The position numbers were made by a program, and so were the translations under genes. A stretch of 64,000 nucleotides of DNA from Phyllosticta citribraziliensis (taxonomy: Eukaryota): the NCBI RefSeq assembly GCF_038025025.1, contig NW_027117347.1, positions 1,488,001 to 1,552,000 on the forward strand. The letters are read 5' to 3'. Position 1 is the stretch's first letter; every line of letters begins with the position of its first letter. Below are positions 26,279 through 39,299 of this stretch, in pieces. Under the pieces are notes generated by a model that saw only the letters and a program-made list of their open reading frames with translations, did not search any database and was not told where the DNA came from.

Positions 26279-26343
26279 GGAGCTCACTGTAAACAAGCCG
26301 GCCACCATTTATTTCTGCCACCGCCTTTGCCTCTCGGAGCTCC
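26279..26343. promoter_or_regulatory. Candidate Rpn4/PACE-type elements in the SPC34-RPN3 bidirectional promoter
   Basis: GGTGGC cores on the minus strand at about 26301-26306 and 26317-26322 (GGTGGCAGA versus yeast PACE GGTGGCAAA). GGAGCT occurs at 26279 and 26336. Confidence 0.5.
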
Positions 26344-26500
26344 AAGCTGCACCTCCATCACCGTCATCAACCTACCTACCCATCCTCCCATCGCGAACCG
26401 CTCTATACTCCCCTCTTCGTCTGCCCGTGTCTCTTCGATCCCGACTCGCGCTTCCACTTCATCACCTTACGTACGCGAAAACACCCGGTCAACGAGCAGC

Positions 26501-28192
26501 ATGGCGGACAGCATGGAAGGCGTTGTGGCTACTGGGGAGGAGACGCCCACGGTCAACATCAAGGAGAAGACTATCAGCGGTTAGTTGCAATTTACCTGCA
26601 TCTTCAACTCTCAGGAAGCAGCGTGTCTGTTTGACGTGTCGAACCATGACTTGGTGCTACCCGCCGAAGCTGAACTGAGAGCCACCCATGTACCTCGGCC
26701 ACACAGTACTGACGCGTATCAAGACATTGCCAGCAATTTCGCTCTCCTCGAAAGAGCCGTCACGCAGTTTGACTCCCGCTTCACCTTGCGCGCCTTGAGG
26801 TCGATATCATCTCTGCGAAAGCGCCTGAATCCCGAAGTCCTGACCGAAGCAATCGTTTCTTATTACCCGGCAAACAACCAGTCGGGCAAACAGCTCATTG
26901 CTGCGGTGGAAGGCTCAGTGCCGACGAGCAAGGGATACCAGGAGTCGAATGCAAAGAAGGAAATCGTTCCGGAGGTCGATGTCTACCTCGCGATTCTGGT
27001 CCAGGTGGGTTTGGATGATGACAGCCAGCTGGGCATGTCCCGCTGACACTTGTGCCAATAGGTCTACCTCTATGACAAGCAGGAGCATAAGAAGGGTGCG
27101 GAATGGTCGGAGCGCCTCGTGTGGAGCATCCGCGAGTTGAACCGCCGGACTCTTGATTCGCTGGCTGCTCGTGCCTACTTTTACTTTGCTCTGTTCCACG
27201 AGCAACTGGACCCCAAGCCGCCTTCGAAGCAGTCGCCCGTCATCGATATCCGCAGGCAGCTTCTGGGAGCGCTGCGAAGTGCGGTCCTCAGGAAGGACCA
27301 AGACACCCAGGCCTCCGTCATGGTGCTTTTGCTCCGGAACTACATCTCCACCGCGGACATTACGCAGGCCGATTTGCTGGTAGCGCAGACCCAATTCCCC
27401 CAGACCGCACCCAACAACCAAGTTGCGAGGTTCCTCTACTACCTGGGACGGATCCGTGCGATTCAGCTGAACTACACTGAAGCACACGACCACCTGACCA
27501 GCGCGACTCGCAAATCGCCCACGAGTGCCACGGCCTCCGGTTTTTACCAGGCCTCCATGAAGCTGCTCGTTGTCGTCGAGCTCTTGATGGGTGACATTCC
27601 CGAGCGCGCCATCTTCAGTCAACCCAAGCTTGAGAGGGCTCTGGAGCCGTACTTCCGCCTCGTGCAGGCCGTACGCGCAGGAGACCTCCAGGGCTTCATC
27701 CGTGCTGTCCAGCAAAATGGCCCCGTGTTCCAGCGCGACGGCACCTACACTCTGATTCTGCGTTTGCGCCAGAACGTCATCAGGACCGGCATTCGCATGC
27801 TTTCTCTCTCCTACAGCCGCATTTCTCTGCGCGACATTTGTATCCGCCTGGGCCTGGAGAGCGAGGAGTCTGCCGAGTACATTGTGGCCAAGGCCATCCG
27901 CGACGGCGTCATCGAGGCCAACATCAACCACGAAAAGGGCTACATGCAGACCAAGCGGCCCGGCGACGTGTACGCCACACGCGAGCCGGCTGAGGCGTTC
28001 CATGACCGCATCTCGGCCTGCTTGGTCCTGCACGACGAGTGCGTCAAGGCCATGCGTTATCCCATGAACCAGCACCGCTTGGAGCTGAAGAACGCGCAGG
28101 AGGCGCGAGAGCGCGAGAGGGAGTTGGTCAAGGAGATTCAGGACGGCGACATCGATGACGATGATGCGGCCGGTGACTTTGAGGGCTTGTAA
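26501..28192 (+). CDS. RPN3: 26S proteasome lid subunit Rpn3
   Basis: Exons 26501-26579, 26724-27004 and 27062-28192. Motifs LNRRTLD, ARFLYYLGRIRAIQLNY, PCI domain LRQNVIRTGIRMLSLSYSRISL and C-terminal KAMRYP. Confidence 0.95.
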
Positions 28193-31100
28193 GGGGGGTG
28201 GTTGGGATCGTCGTCGTGGGGAGAGGAGCGGCTCGGTCCAGGAGTAATGATAGAAATGGTTTGCAAATGCGACGTCTGGAGTGACGTGATAGATATTATA
28301 GTCTCTGGTTTTGGTGGCTGCCTTTTCATGACTTGCTCTGCGTTTTATCCGGGCTTCCCGACATTGATCGAAAGGCAGTTCTGCAAGCGCCTTGTCGTTT
28401 TATGGCTGGGCTCGGCGTGAAAGTGTCGACTGACATTCTCGGTAGTCCAGATACGCAGGCTCCGAGATCAAGATCAATGTAGGAGGAAGGCGTTGAAGTG
28501 GTGACGGTTTACTATCAGTCAGAATCGTGATGGCACTTGTACAGTGCCGCTAACTGCTCGCCGGAATTGTCCTGTCAACTACTTCTATAGACAAGGTAGC
28601 CCAAACTTCTCGCTGGAAACAAGCTGTGGGCTTCTAATTTTGTATATCTGAAAAGCCTTGTCTCTCCTGTAGCTGATTTGGGTTATCTCAAGGGCAGTAT
28701 CTTTTCAATATCATGTCTAGACGATTTGACGAGTTGCAGCTTCGGTGCTGAATGATTGACTGTAGAGTTGGTGAGGTACCAACTGACGAGGTGTTTCCGC
28801 AGCTTAAAACAACCATTTATTTCATGTTCTGTTCTACCTGCACAATTTCCAATGCAAGTTGCTCAACATAGGATGAAAGACAATGATGTTGGAAATGAAG
28901 GTCCCGAGGGAAGGGGACTGGTGCTCTATGATCACATTTTTTGAACTGTCTAGGTGAATACTCGCTATGTACTTTTGAGAGTCGTTGTTCACAAACTTGA
29001 GGAGAATGAACTTGGGATAATGGCATTAATTTCTCAAGAATACAATGAAGGCTCTCCTTCAAGGATGTTGCTTTTTCTTTTTCACGCTGTGTGAAGTGAT
29101 ACTCAGTTGCACTCCTGGAACCATCATACTCCCCGCCTTGAGAAGCAATAATTCCACGGCAGTCGCAACTCCGCTAGCATTCTCGGGCGACTCCTCAAAT
29201 GCGGCAAATCCGCATTTTCAAAAGCAACAATCGACTGAACTAGTTTGCCGCAAAGTCTCATCCAAGACGAGGTGGAGTTGATTTTCCCAATGGTTCGTTC
29301 ACTGAATCGGAGATGCGGGATAAATGACCTCACCTTGTTTCAATGAACCATATATTCTGTTAGAACGAGAAGTCTGCATATTGGAGACATGATTTTGCAA
29401 AGAAGCATGCGGACTTGACGGGAATATGCACCTCGAAGCCAAGTGTGAGTAAACTGTCGTCCGGACAACGCATCCAGACAGCTCTGCTACGTCACATCAA
29501 GCTCACGAAGCCTTTGACAGTGCATGCAGCGAGCCGGTTAAGCTTTTGGTCAAGCTCATGGTAGCTCGCGCAGAGGGCATTGAAACAATTTCTTCCACGT
29601 GGACAAGCGTGAAACAAGGAGCTGGGCCGGCGGCGCCTTCCAGAATCCTTACCCTCAGAAAGGGACCAGACCAGCAAAGTCATCATCCAACGGCGCATCC
29701 TCAGCGAGAGCCATTCCAACCTTTGCGGCCAAGCCGTTCAATCAGCTTGCCACGGCTGGTCGTCTTTCCCCGCAATATCAGGCCACAAAGACTTCTGCCA
29801 TTCCTTCCCGCACACCGTTGGACCTCTTGTTCGTCCTTTGATCCATCCATCCTCCACCACTTTCTCTCTCCCTCTCCCCACGCGACAGAAACAAACAAAA
29901 AATAAAAAAATAGAAAAGAAGAGAAATACAGCAGCTACCCAGAAAGGTCGACACTAACCCCACAGCCGACGAACCCTGTCCTCGGCGGGATCCTCCACAA
30001 AACCCATCACGACAACCTTCACTTACCCTTCTCCCCGCACTGCAGCCCCAAAGTGAATCCATCCTCTCGACAGCCAAACACCATCCGTCCGACGATTCCA
30101 CGACTGGCAGGACTGATCGACAGCAACAGCCAGCATCGCTCGCTGGCTGGCGGGTCGACCATGATCCTTCCCGCATCGAGCTCCCTTTCTTACTGCAGCA
30201 CAGGCCCAGGCGACAAGAAACTACGGCAAACAAGACTTGTCCAGTGATATCCTTCCCAAATGCTTGACACAAAGGAGCCACACTACCATTTCCGAATAAA
30301 TCCGATGTCGGGTCGACAACCGGTGTGGTCTCCCACGCAGCGACGACCCCTTCCTCACTACCTACCTGGCTAAAACAGCCACACCCGCATTTTGCGGCCG
30401 CGGGCGCCACAGCCTTCACTTGTTCCCCACGCGCCGCGCGCGCCTGGCGTAGCGCCTGCCTGCATCATCCCTTTCCCAGGCGTGTGTGTGCCTGTGTACC
30501 TTAATTCCCCGCCTGGCCTATCCCTCCCTTCGCTGTTGTCTTTTCCCTGTTCGGCCACGCGAAGAGGGAGCGTTCCGCCGCCGCCGCCGCTTCCAGCCGT
30601 CAGTCAGTCAGTCGGTCCCTGACTGTGATGTGCCCATGTCCCTTGTCTCCTGCGAACACGTCACTAAATGTCGTGGATGGATAGCTTGTCTTGGGGGGGC
30701 TCGGCTTGAAAGACAGACAGACGTTACGCCACCATCACGCGCTTCTCCTTCTTTGTATTCCTCGGTTTTTCTGTCTTTCTCTAGTTAGCCTGAGCACAGC
30801 TGCTGTCTCTGCCTCCCTACTTCTCTGCCAACCTTGCCTCACTCACGCATTCGGCCACAGCATACCTCTGCATGCATGCATAGGGAGAGAAAAGCATCAT
30901 GCACCTCAGCATCCTTCCTGTCTGTCCCGTCCGCCCGCCCGCCCGCGGAGCCGCTGTCTGCAGGCCAGACATACATACGCACGCATGAAACGACAGACAT
31001 CAAAACGCCTCTCCCGTCGTTTGGCCTGCCTGCCCGTTACGCGCGTGCATGCATGCGGACGGCAACACCGCACGCCGCATGCCATGGGATCATGCAATCG

Positions 31101-34100
31101 CCAGCAAGCCAGCAAGCCGCCAAACCAAACCGACAAGCTCATCGAGAGGCAAGGTTGGTAGGTTGGTTGGTTGGTTGGTTGAGTAGCCAGCCAGCTGGTG
31201 GGCTACACGCCATCTGTTTCTGATCCGTCTTGCGGCCGAAGTGGACGACGATGCTAAGGGAGATGCTGGTGGTAGTGGTGGTGGCAACGGAAACAGCAGC
31301 AGCGGCAGGCAGGCAGGCAGAGCGTGTCTGATTTGGCCCAATCAGACCACGACGGTCAGACATTTGTCTCGTGCCGTTGTCGTGTAGAGCGCGGAGGCGA
31401 GCCAGCCAGGAACGGGAGGAAGCAAGCAAGCAATCAAGCGGGAAAAAAGGCCATGCGTGCGTGCGTGCCATGTGCACATTCGCCCTCTTTCTATGCTTCT
31501 TTGCTTCTTTGCGGTGCAGCAGCAGCCATCACTGAACGCATACGGCAGGAGTGAGGTGTGGCGTGGCGCGTGGTGGCGGTCGAGAACCAAACGCCTCAAA
31601 GCCAAACAGGGAGAAGACATGTTACGCCGGGTGCTGTGTTAGCGAATCCGAGAGGTCTCCTCCCCCTCATTCCGTCCACCTTTGCTTTTTTCGCTGTTGC
31701 AGTGTTGTGGCTGGCGGTCGGCGCAGTGGAAAGAAAGTAGAGAGAGAAGTGGGCTGAAATGAGACCGCTGGGAGCCGCCACTGGCGGAAAACAAAAACAG
31801 AAATAGAGAGAGTTGGAGGAAAGATGGTTTTTCTTTTTTCAATTTGCTGCTCGTTGCCTGCTGCCCGCGCTGCGCCCAAGTGACGTGCAGGTCCGCGGCT
31901 TGCTTGTATGCTTGCTGCTTGCTATACAAAGCGACTACAGAAGCGGGAATAGACAGTGGCATGTCACAGCGGCCATCATGACATTAGAAACACCCTCTAC
32001 CGATTGCATAGGCGGGCTTTTTAGGACGGTTGATAGAGCAAAACGGGGAAGTGGAAAGGAGAAAAAAGGAATAATATAGCTGCTAGGTTGGTTTGAAATA
32101 TTCAGGACGAAGGCAATGGACGCGCGAGGGGAATAAAGATAACTGTACCCATTAAAAGCTAGGAAAGGGGGTGGGCGCATTGTTCTCAAGAAGACTTAAA
32201 CATGCGTCAAAGATAGCACAGATGAAGTAGAAAATAGAACAAGATCAGGAACTCTGTATTGTCGTGAATCTCCATTGCTGATTATTGTGCACTCAGCCCT
32301 ATCTACCCATTCTCCTTGCCGCAGTGCGGCACTGCAGCCTGCAGCATTGTGTATGTGCAGCCATAGTATGTGGGTGCATGTAGCTGCTCTACTACTTTGG
32401 GGGCTGCCTGCCTGGTGCATCAGACACACATATACACACATTATACATTTACATTTACATCTACATACACATACTGCTCCGCTCCCCACACAAGCATGCC
32501 TCCGTCTGTGCCTGTGCCTGAGCCAAAAGTAGGGGAACCTAGCAAGGGCCCGACCTAGCCCAGCCAAGTAAAGCGCTAACTAGTCCCTAACCTACCTGAC
32601 GCCACGCCTTGCGCACCCTCTCTTCCTCTCTCTCTCTCTCTTTATTTGAGCTGAACAAACCACGCGAACAGCGACACCCTTGATCCACATCACATCAAAG
32701 CCGTCTCGCCAGCGAGCAGCGGTGGTGGTGGTGGTGGTGGTGGCGGTGGCGAACGAAACTGCTCTAAAACGGCAACGGTCTGACTGACTGCCTGTTTGAT
32801 TGACTGACTGACTGGCTGGCTGAGAGCTGAGCTGAGCTGAGCTGAACAGGCTACCGGTCAAACGACAAGCAGGCAAGCAGCGGGTGTGGCTGGCTGGCTG
32901 CGTACCGGTCAAGCCAGCGCAGTACGGTGCGGTAGACGGACAGGAAGGAGGGAAGGAAAAGTCGCGAGTGGAGGAGGAGGGACATGAATGGACGAGGAGA
33001 GGGCGAGACAACCGGCCGGTCAGTCAGTCAGTCAGTCAGAGCCATTACCTATGACTGGCTAGCCATCTGGCTGCCAGTCTAGCCGTGAAGAAAGCGGGAT
33101 GAGACGAGTCGAGGCGGACTGCTGCATTGGGACAGGACAGGACAGGACAGGACAAGATAGGACGGCCAGTTCGCACGCTGACAACGGGCGAGTGGGCGGG
33201 CGGGGCAAGCAGTTAGTGGCTTTGCTCTCAAAGAGGAGGGCGGAGAGGGGAGAGGGTGTGTGCCTGCGTGTCGTGCATGTCGTGGACAGCCTTGTATGGA
33301 CAACAGACAACGGACAGCGAAAACAACAAGGAGGAGCAGGAGCCGACGCCTGTCGATCAAGCAAGCAAACGAACGAACCGACAAGCAATAGAACGAGCGA
33401 GAAACCGCAACGAAATCACAGGGGCATCATTCATGCGTCGCAGATCGCAGCGAAGCGATTCAATCCATTCGATGGCAGTGCAGCGGTTGGTACAGTGCGA
33501 GTGCGTAGCCGAGTACTCCATATGTAGCAGGACGGGACACTCGCTCGAGTGTCTGGCATAGGTAGGCAGGTAGGTACAGTCCTCGGTACCAGATAGTAGG
33601 AGTAAGCGCGCGCAACCAACGGGATGCAAAAAAGTTGGAGACGACCTAGAGAACAGCCAGGCAGGCAAAGTGACGTGACCGGAGCGGACACGGAGGAGCG
33701 CCGGGAGCGTGGATGGGTGGTTGTGGGCGAGGGACGACGACAACAGCGCCACCCACACCCGGGCGAATCAGCCAACCAGCCCGCCAGCCCACCAGCCAGC
33801 GAGCCCGGTCTGAGAGGGGGCCGCCCGCCTGGGCTTGGGGGCGCCATCGTATTCCTACGGGATACATGGGGCTGCGCTGCTCGAAAGATAGGCAGGCAGG
33901 CAGTCAGTCATCAGTCAATCGGAGACCAAACATCCGGTTCCCCATCAGCAACGTGTGGAGTAAGAAGTGTGGAGCCAAAGGTGGTGAGGTGGTGGTTCTC
34001 TCGTCTAAATGCTTGCTCTCTCTTGCCCCAATGCCCCCGCCATGGGACAATTATTGCCTATGTACATACCTTGTCTTGCCTGCCTGGTCTGCGCCGCAGC

Positions 34101-36382
34101 CAGCCAGCCAGCCAGGCCCCGTTTGACAAGGTATGTGGAAAGATGAAGCGTGTCTGGGGGCGAGAGAGCGCCAGCGCCGGCGCCCGGTTCGCACATGGCC
34201 GTGGCGCCGCACAGTGGGGGGGGGCGAAAGAAACGATGCCATCTGCGTCTCACTGCCGTGGTAAATGTCAGCTCCCTGGATTCAGTGGCAGCAGAGAACG
34301 ATTGCTCCTGTGTCGCAGTCGCAGTCCAGTAGTTGCCATCTCTTCTGATACCGACCATGGCTGTAGTCGAGGTAATGGTGGTAGCCCGCCAGACAGCGAG
34401 ACAGGTGGCCAGCCAGCGGGTCCGCTTCCACTGGCGATAATTGCGAATGGGAAAAGCAAAACGCGAGGCGGAAGCGAGATGGTGAGACGGCACAGGGTCC
34501 CCGTTTGGCTTGACGAGTGGCCAGGAGGAGCCTAGAGCCTGACCTAGGCCAGCTCACTGAACAGGCGCTAGTGCTGAAGCCATAACGGTCAACAGGTAAA
34601 CAAAACGACGACATTGAGAACCTCATGGCTGAAGGTATGAGTGGAAACGGGAGCGACGACGTTGATTTAGACTTTTTGCATCGGCCATGCTGCGTCGCGT
34701 TGCCGCGCTGTGCGTCCGACCCCGTTTGGCGTGGTGTGTGTGCGGTGCGCTTACCCACTTGCACCGTACCTTGCCTACCTTCAGGTCGCCGTCTGTGATG
34801 CGTATCATCCGTACCGTACGCACGTCTTAGGCCGACCCGGATTGAGCCAAGCGGCCGTCTCGCAGGCCCGTAAGCACAGCAGCATCGCAGCGGGCAGGCT
34901 CGAAGCAAAGAACAGTCGTGGCACGAACAGACTAGGACGAACACAGGCGAGTCCAGTACTGTTGGTAAAGTATGACAGATGAAGAATCGTCTACTCCAAA
35001 CGGGAGCAGGTAGGATGCGTAAAGATTGACCGATTTTTTTCGTTTCACGACTTCACTGTCTGTCTGTCTGTCGACCAGGCAGTACTCACGCAGGGTAAAC
35101 GACATGAGGAACGGCCGACCTCACAGCTTCCTGCAAAACCGGGGAAAAAACATGGGCAAGCGAGCGCGAGGAGTACGGACACGCGGAGACTTTTCTTGGG
35201 CCTCGGGCGAGCCCAATGCAGCAGCTCGCGGGCTTGATGCGGCGCGGGGCCGATGGGGCAGCAGAAGGGCTACAGCCAACTAACCAAAACGTGCGTTTGT
35301 CCGTCACGTTGCTTGTCACGTGTGGTGACTGTCGGCTAGTACAGGCAAGGCCGTCGCGAGCAGCGTGCCGCCGCATCATCATCAGCAGGTTGGAGTTAGC
35401 TTGCAGCTGCACGACCGATGAGCCGGGGAGGTCCTTTTTTTGCGGGGAGTGAACCAAACAAACAGCATTGAGCGAGTTTGCATTGCTCGAGCTGACACGG
35501 CGGGATGCGTCGTGTCTCTGATTGCAGAGGTTCGCAGTGTCGCACGCAGACGAGACGGTGAGCAAAAAGAAATCGAGCAAGGCCTGACAAGTAGTGACAT
35601 GAGGAGGCTCCCGATGCAAGACGATCTTCCGGACGCGCGTGCCAGGCGGTACGACGCAGCTCTCAGGGCGTTCCTGGCCACCCTGCGACGGGAGACCAAG
35701 GCATGTGGCCTCGCCACGCCACCGACACGACCTGACTCTTTTGTCGCGCGCTGGCCGCGCGAGTGGAGGCGTCAGGCAAGCAACCATGATCTGCGCTGAG
35801 ATTCAGAGAGCCGTTCCGTTGCGCGCTTGGAGGGTCGCCACCGCTCATCCATCGCATCGTGCTGCTGGCTGGGGTGGCGGGATGGACGGGCGATCCATGC
35901 AGGGACACTGTTGCTTTTTTGTCGGCGAGGCTTTCCTGACAAAGCGCGCGCCGAGCGGACTCGAGATTAGAAGCGGACCCTCGACTGGCGAGCGACGAGA
36001 CGAGACGAGGAGTTGTCGAGGACGGCAGGCGAACCACAGCACAGCAGGTCCGTCCCAAAAGCGGCAGGTAGCGGAAAGTGAAAAAGATGGCACAGCACCA
36101 CCACACACGGTGAACCGCTCTGGCGGGTCGAGAGGCCTTGGCCCATTTTTTCCGTCGCCCGACGGCGATTCCCATGCCATGTATCGACGTCGATGGTCTG
36201 CGTATAGAGTGGCGGTAGCGCTGCTGCCGCCCGGCCAGTGCACATATGCAAGTAGCGATGTCGTGCCGCGCTCCAGTGTCCACTGACTTCTGTGTCGTTG
36301 GCCGAGGGGTGCCGGGCGTGGGATGGATCATGCCTGGGATGCGGTCATGGCTCGATAATCAGCGAGCACAGCGCAGCGCCAG

Positions 36383-36384
<2 letters not shown>

Positions 36385-36420
<36 letters not shown>

Positions 36421-36514
36421 CGGGACCGGACGTGAGCAGGGGGAGGGGGGGTGGAAGACGGATCCCGGTTGTTGTGGGGTTCAAAATGGCGGTGAAGAGG
36501 GGCCCCTGGTCGCA

Positions 36515-36565
<51 letters not shown>

Positions 36566-36570
36566 TCGTC
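36385..36570. repeat. Two hexanucleotide microsatellites: (GACGAG)5 and (TCGCCG)8
   Basis: Directly visible at about 36385-36420 and 36515-36562. Confidence 0.9.
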
Positions 36571-39299
36571 GGCCTGGTGGTCCTCTCAACGGTACATACA
36601 CATACATACATACAGCGCGCGCAGGCAGGCGAGCCGAGCGGAGGGCGGAAGAGACGGCCGTCGAAGAAGAGCGGAGGACTGACTGGAGAAGCAAGAACGG
36701 AAAGCCAAACAAAGGCACGCTAGAAAATGGATGCCCTGTTCGACAGCGTCGGGTTGCACGAGGGTGAGATGACAAGCAGTCACGGTCGCGGTCACGCTCC
36801 TTCGCACTCTCCGCTGCCACCCATATGGAAGTACCCGCCCAATCACCAATCACCCGCACCGCCCATCCCTGCGACGGCCTGCAAGGACTGCACTCCCTGG
36901 AGCGACCGACTCTTCTGGCCGATAGCGGCGCCCGCCCTCTGATCTGCCCTCTGCCCTCTGCCCTCGACGTGGCCCACAATGATTGGAAGACTGCCATGGC
37001 TGAAAGATTAATCACCACACCCAGGCCAAGACGATGCCGCCACCGCTCCAGCAGCCCTGCCCTCGAGACAAACACCATGCCAAGCCCTTCCCGTGACGCT
37101 CCTCCCTTTCTCTTCGCAAGCGACTGACATTCTTCTGCCTCAGGTCTGCCTCTACTGTACCTCGCGCTCAACAAGACGGCGGCCAAGCTCTGCAACGTCC
37201 GTCCCATGGGGATCGTGCAGCCAAATCACACGCATATGCATGGCGGGTGTGTGCAGCCAAAACTTGGCCAATGGCCTCGCAGGCAACATGGCGGCTGCAG
37301 GAACCATGGCCTGGCCTTGGGGATCAGCAGTCGGACATGAGGAAAAGCCCCCAAAAAGGACCACTTGTCCATGTCTTACGCCTGGAACACCTCGTATTGT
37401 TGTGGGAGCCCGCAAGGGTTGTTGGGAGATTGTCGTCGTCAGTGCCATGGACATGAAAACATGGCTATTTCCGGCCGGTGGAGAGAGCCAGCCAGCCAGC
37501 CAGCCAGCCTGATGCCGCGGGACCGGCAACGCGGTTGCGAGATGCGCACGTACAAGGGGATGGGGGACCAAATCCAGCGCGGGGCCAGGCCACAGCACAG
37601 CATAGCAGCCAGGCCAGGGAAGAAGGGAGGCTGCTCGCATGGTTGGATGGACGTTGCAGCAGGTTCAACCCAAAGCCTCGGGGCCACCACTGCTCTCGCC
37701 GCGTGTGCAGAGCAGAGGAAAACAAAAAAGGGCCCCTCGTGGGTGCCCGTGGTGTAATCCTCGCATCAGTCTTCGCAGTGGTTTCTGTTGCGGTGAGGGC
37801 GGAGCGGACTCACAAACAGCGCGAAAAGGACCACGCGAAAGCGGTGCGACCAGGCCCTTGCATGGCGACGAAATCCGTTGGCCGTGGACTTGTTTTGTCG
37901 ACGCCACTTGCTGGCTGAGACGGTCTCGCTGGTACGACGGAGAAGCCTTGGAGCCATTACGTGCCGGCGTCATGTTGGTTCAAAAGACGGTCATGGGTGT
38001 CACTGCTGCCAGAGGGCCAAGTGTCGAGCGCCATTGGCGGGTGGCTGGCAAGCCACGCCGGCACCAATGGCTTGACGACCGGCAGCGGCGCTTACCATGT
38101 GAAGCTTTGGACGCTTGCATGGTTCGGGAAAGGCTCCAAGGAAAAAGGCAGATGAGGAGGCGGAGGAGGAGGAGGAGGAGGAGGACGGAGCGTTGGGAGC
38201 TGGAAAGGCATCGCATCGGCCGACGCATGGCATGGCATGGCATGGCATGGCATTGGAGCCATTTCAAGCCAGCGCCCGCGGAGCCGGGTCGACGGGCGGC
38301 GCAGCAATCGTGATCTGCTCTGCTGGTGTGGAGCGGTGGGCGGGAACGAACGAACGGTGAATGATGAGAGACGAGGGAGGCGGAGACCAGAGGCGAGCGG
38401 TGGCTTGGAGGATGGTGGGGGGGGGGGGGGGGGTCCCACCTTGTCGACAGCGCACACGACGCACACCGCAACTAGAGGGCCTATGAAATATGGCGGCAAA
38501 GTGCTACACAATCGATCCTCAGGCCATGGCAGTCGCACCCGTTGTCCTCGTCCACGTTGCACGGGCGGTCCAGTCAGCGCCATCCCCGTCGCCGCCGTTG
38601 CGTTGCGTCCGGACGTCGTTGACCTTTTGGTCTGGGCTGGACGAGTTGAAATTGTTGTGGACCGCTGGGACCGCTGGGCCCATTGCACATCACCCGTTGA
38701 GCCAGTGCGTTAGTCAGCGGCTGCGGCCGCACATCACACGTCCGTCTCCCGCCAGCTCTGACCACGAAACGGCCTGGCTTAGGGACAAGGAATTGAAGAG
38801 AGAGACTGATGCATTCAATCATTCTCTCGGCTATTGCCTACTACTACAGTCTATACAGTCTACAGCAGTGTCGTCTGTCGTCTGTCGTCCCCATGGCCCG
38901 CGGACCCTTGGCCACGCCTCACGCCTTGACCCTGGCGCTGCTGGCTGGATGGATGTACTCAGGTCGCTGTACCCTGGGGCCTGCCCCATGCCCCATGCCC
39001 ATGCCCATGTCCATGCCCATGGCCACCCACATGCACCCATGCAAATGCCTACCGACAGTGCCTCTCCCCGGGCGCCTTTTTAGATTGAGAAGAGCGTGCG
39101 GCGTGCGTGACATCTCCACCCTGTGCTCTCGATTCCAGTCGTGTCCTCGTTCTCCAGATTATTCCTGTCTCTGGTCGGCGTATCGCTGCTGCTCGACTAT
39201 ATGCAGCGCCCTTGCGAGTCCGCAGACGCACTCGCGCCGTCCCGCTCTTGCTCACGCAGCCCAGTTCATCTTGACGTCTGCTGAGTTATCTCTCGACAG

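Noticed and set aside
26915..28075. 386-aa antisense ORF over RPN3 (likewise those antisense to TPS2, NMA111 and UTP18)
   Set aside because: Shadow ORFs caused by GC3-biased codon usage on the sense strand.
35440..35799. 119-aa ORF with a helical-looking segment (RRYDAALRAFLATLRRE)
   Set aside because: Non-ATG start in the track, no recognisable family and no further support.
29880..37840. StuA-response-like (A/T)CGCG(T/A)N(A/C) sites, e.g. at 29880, 32662 and 37833
   Set aside because: The few seen are not clearly above chance in GC-rich DNA and are not clustered.
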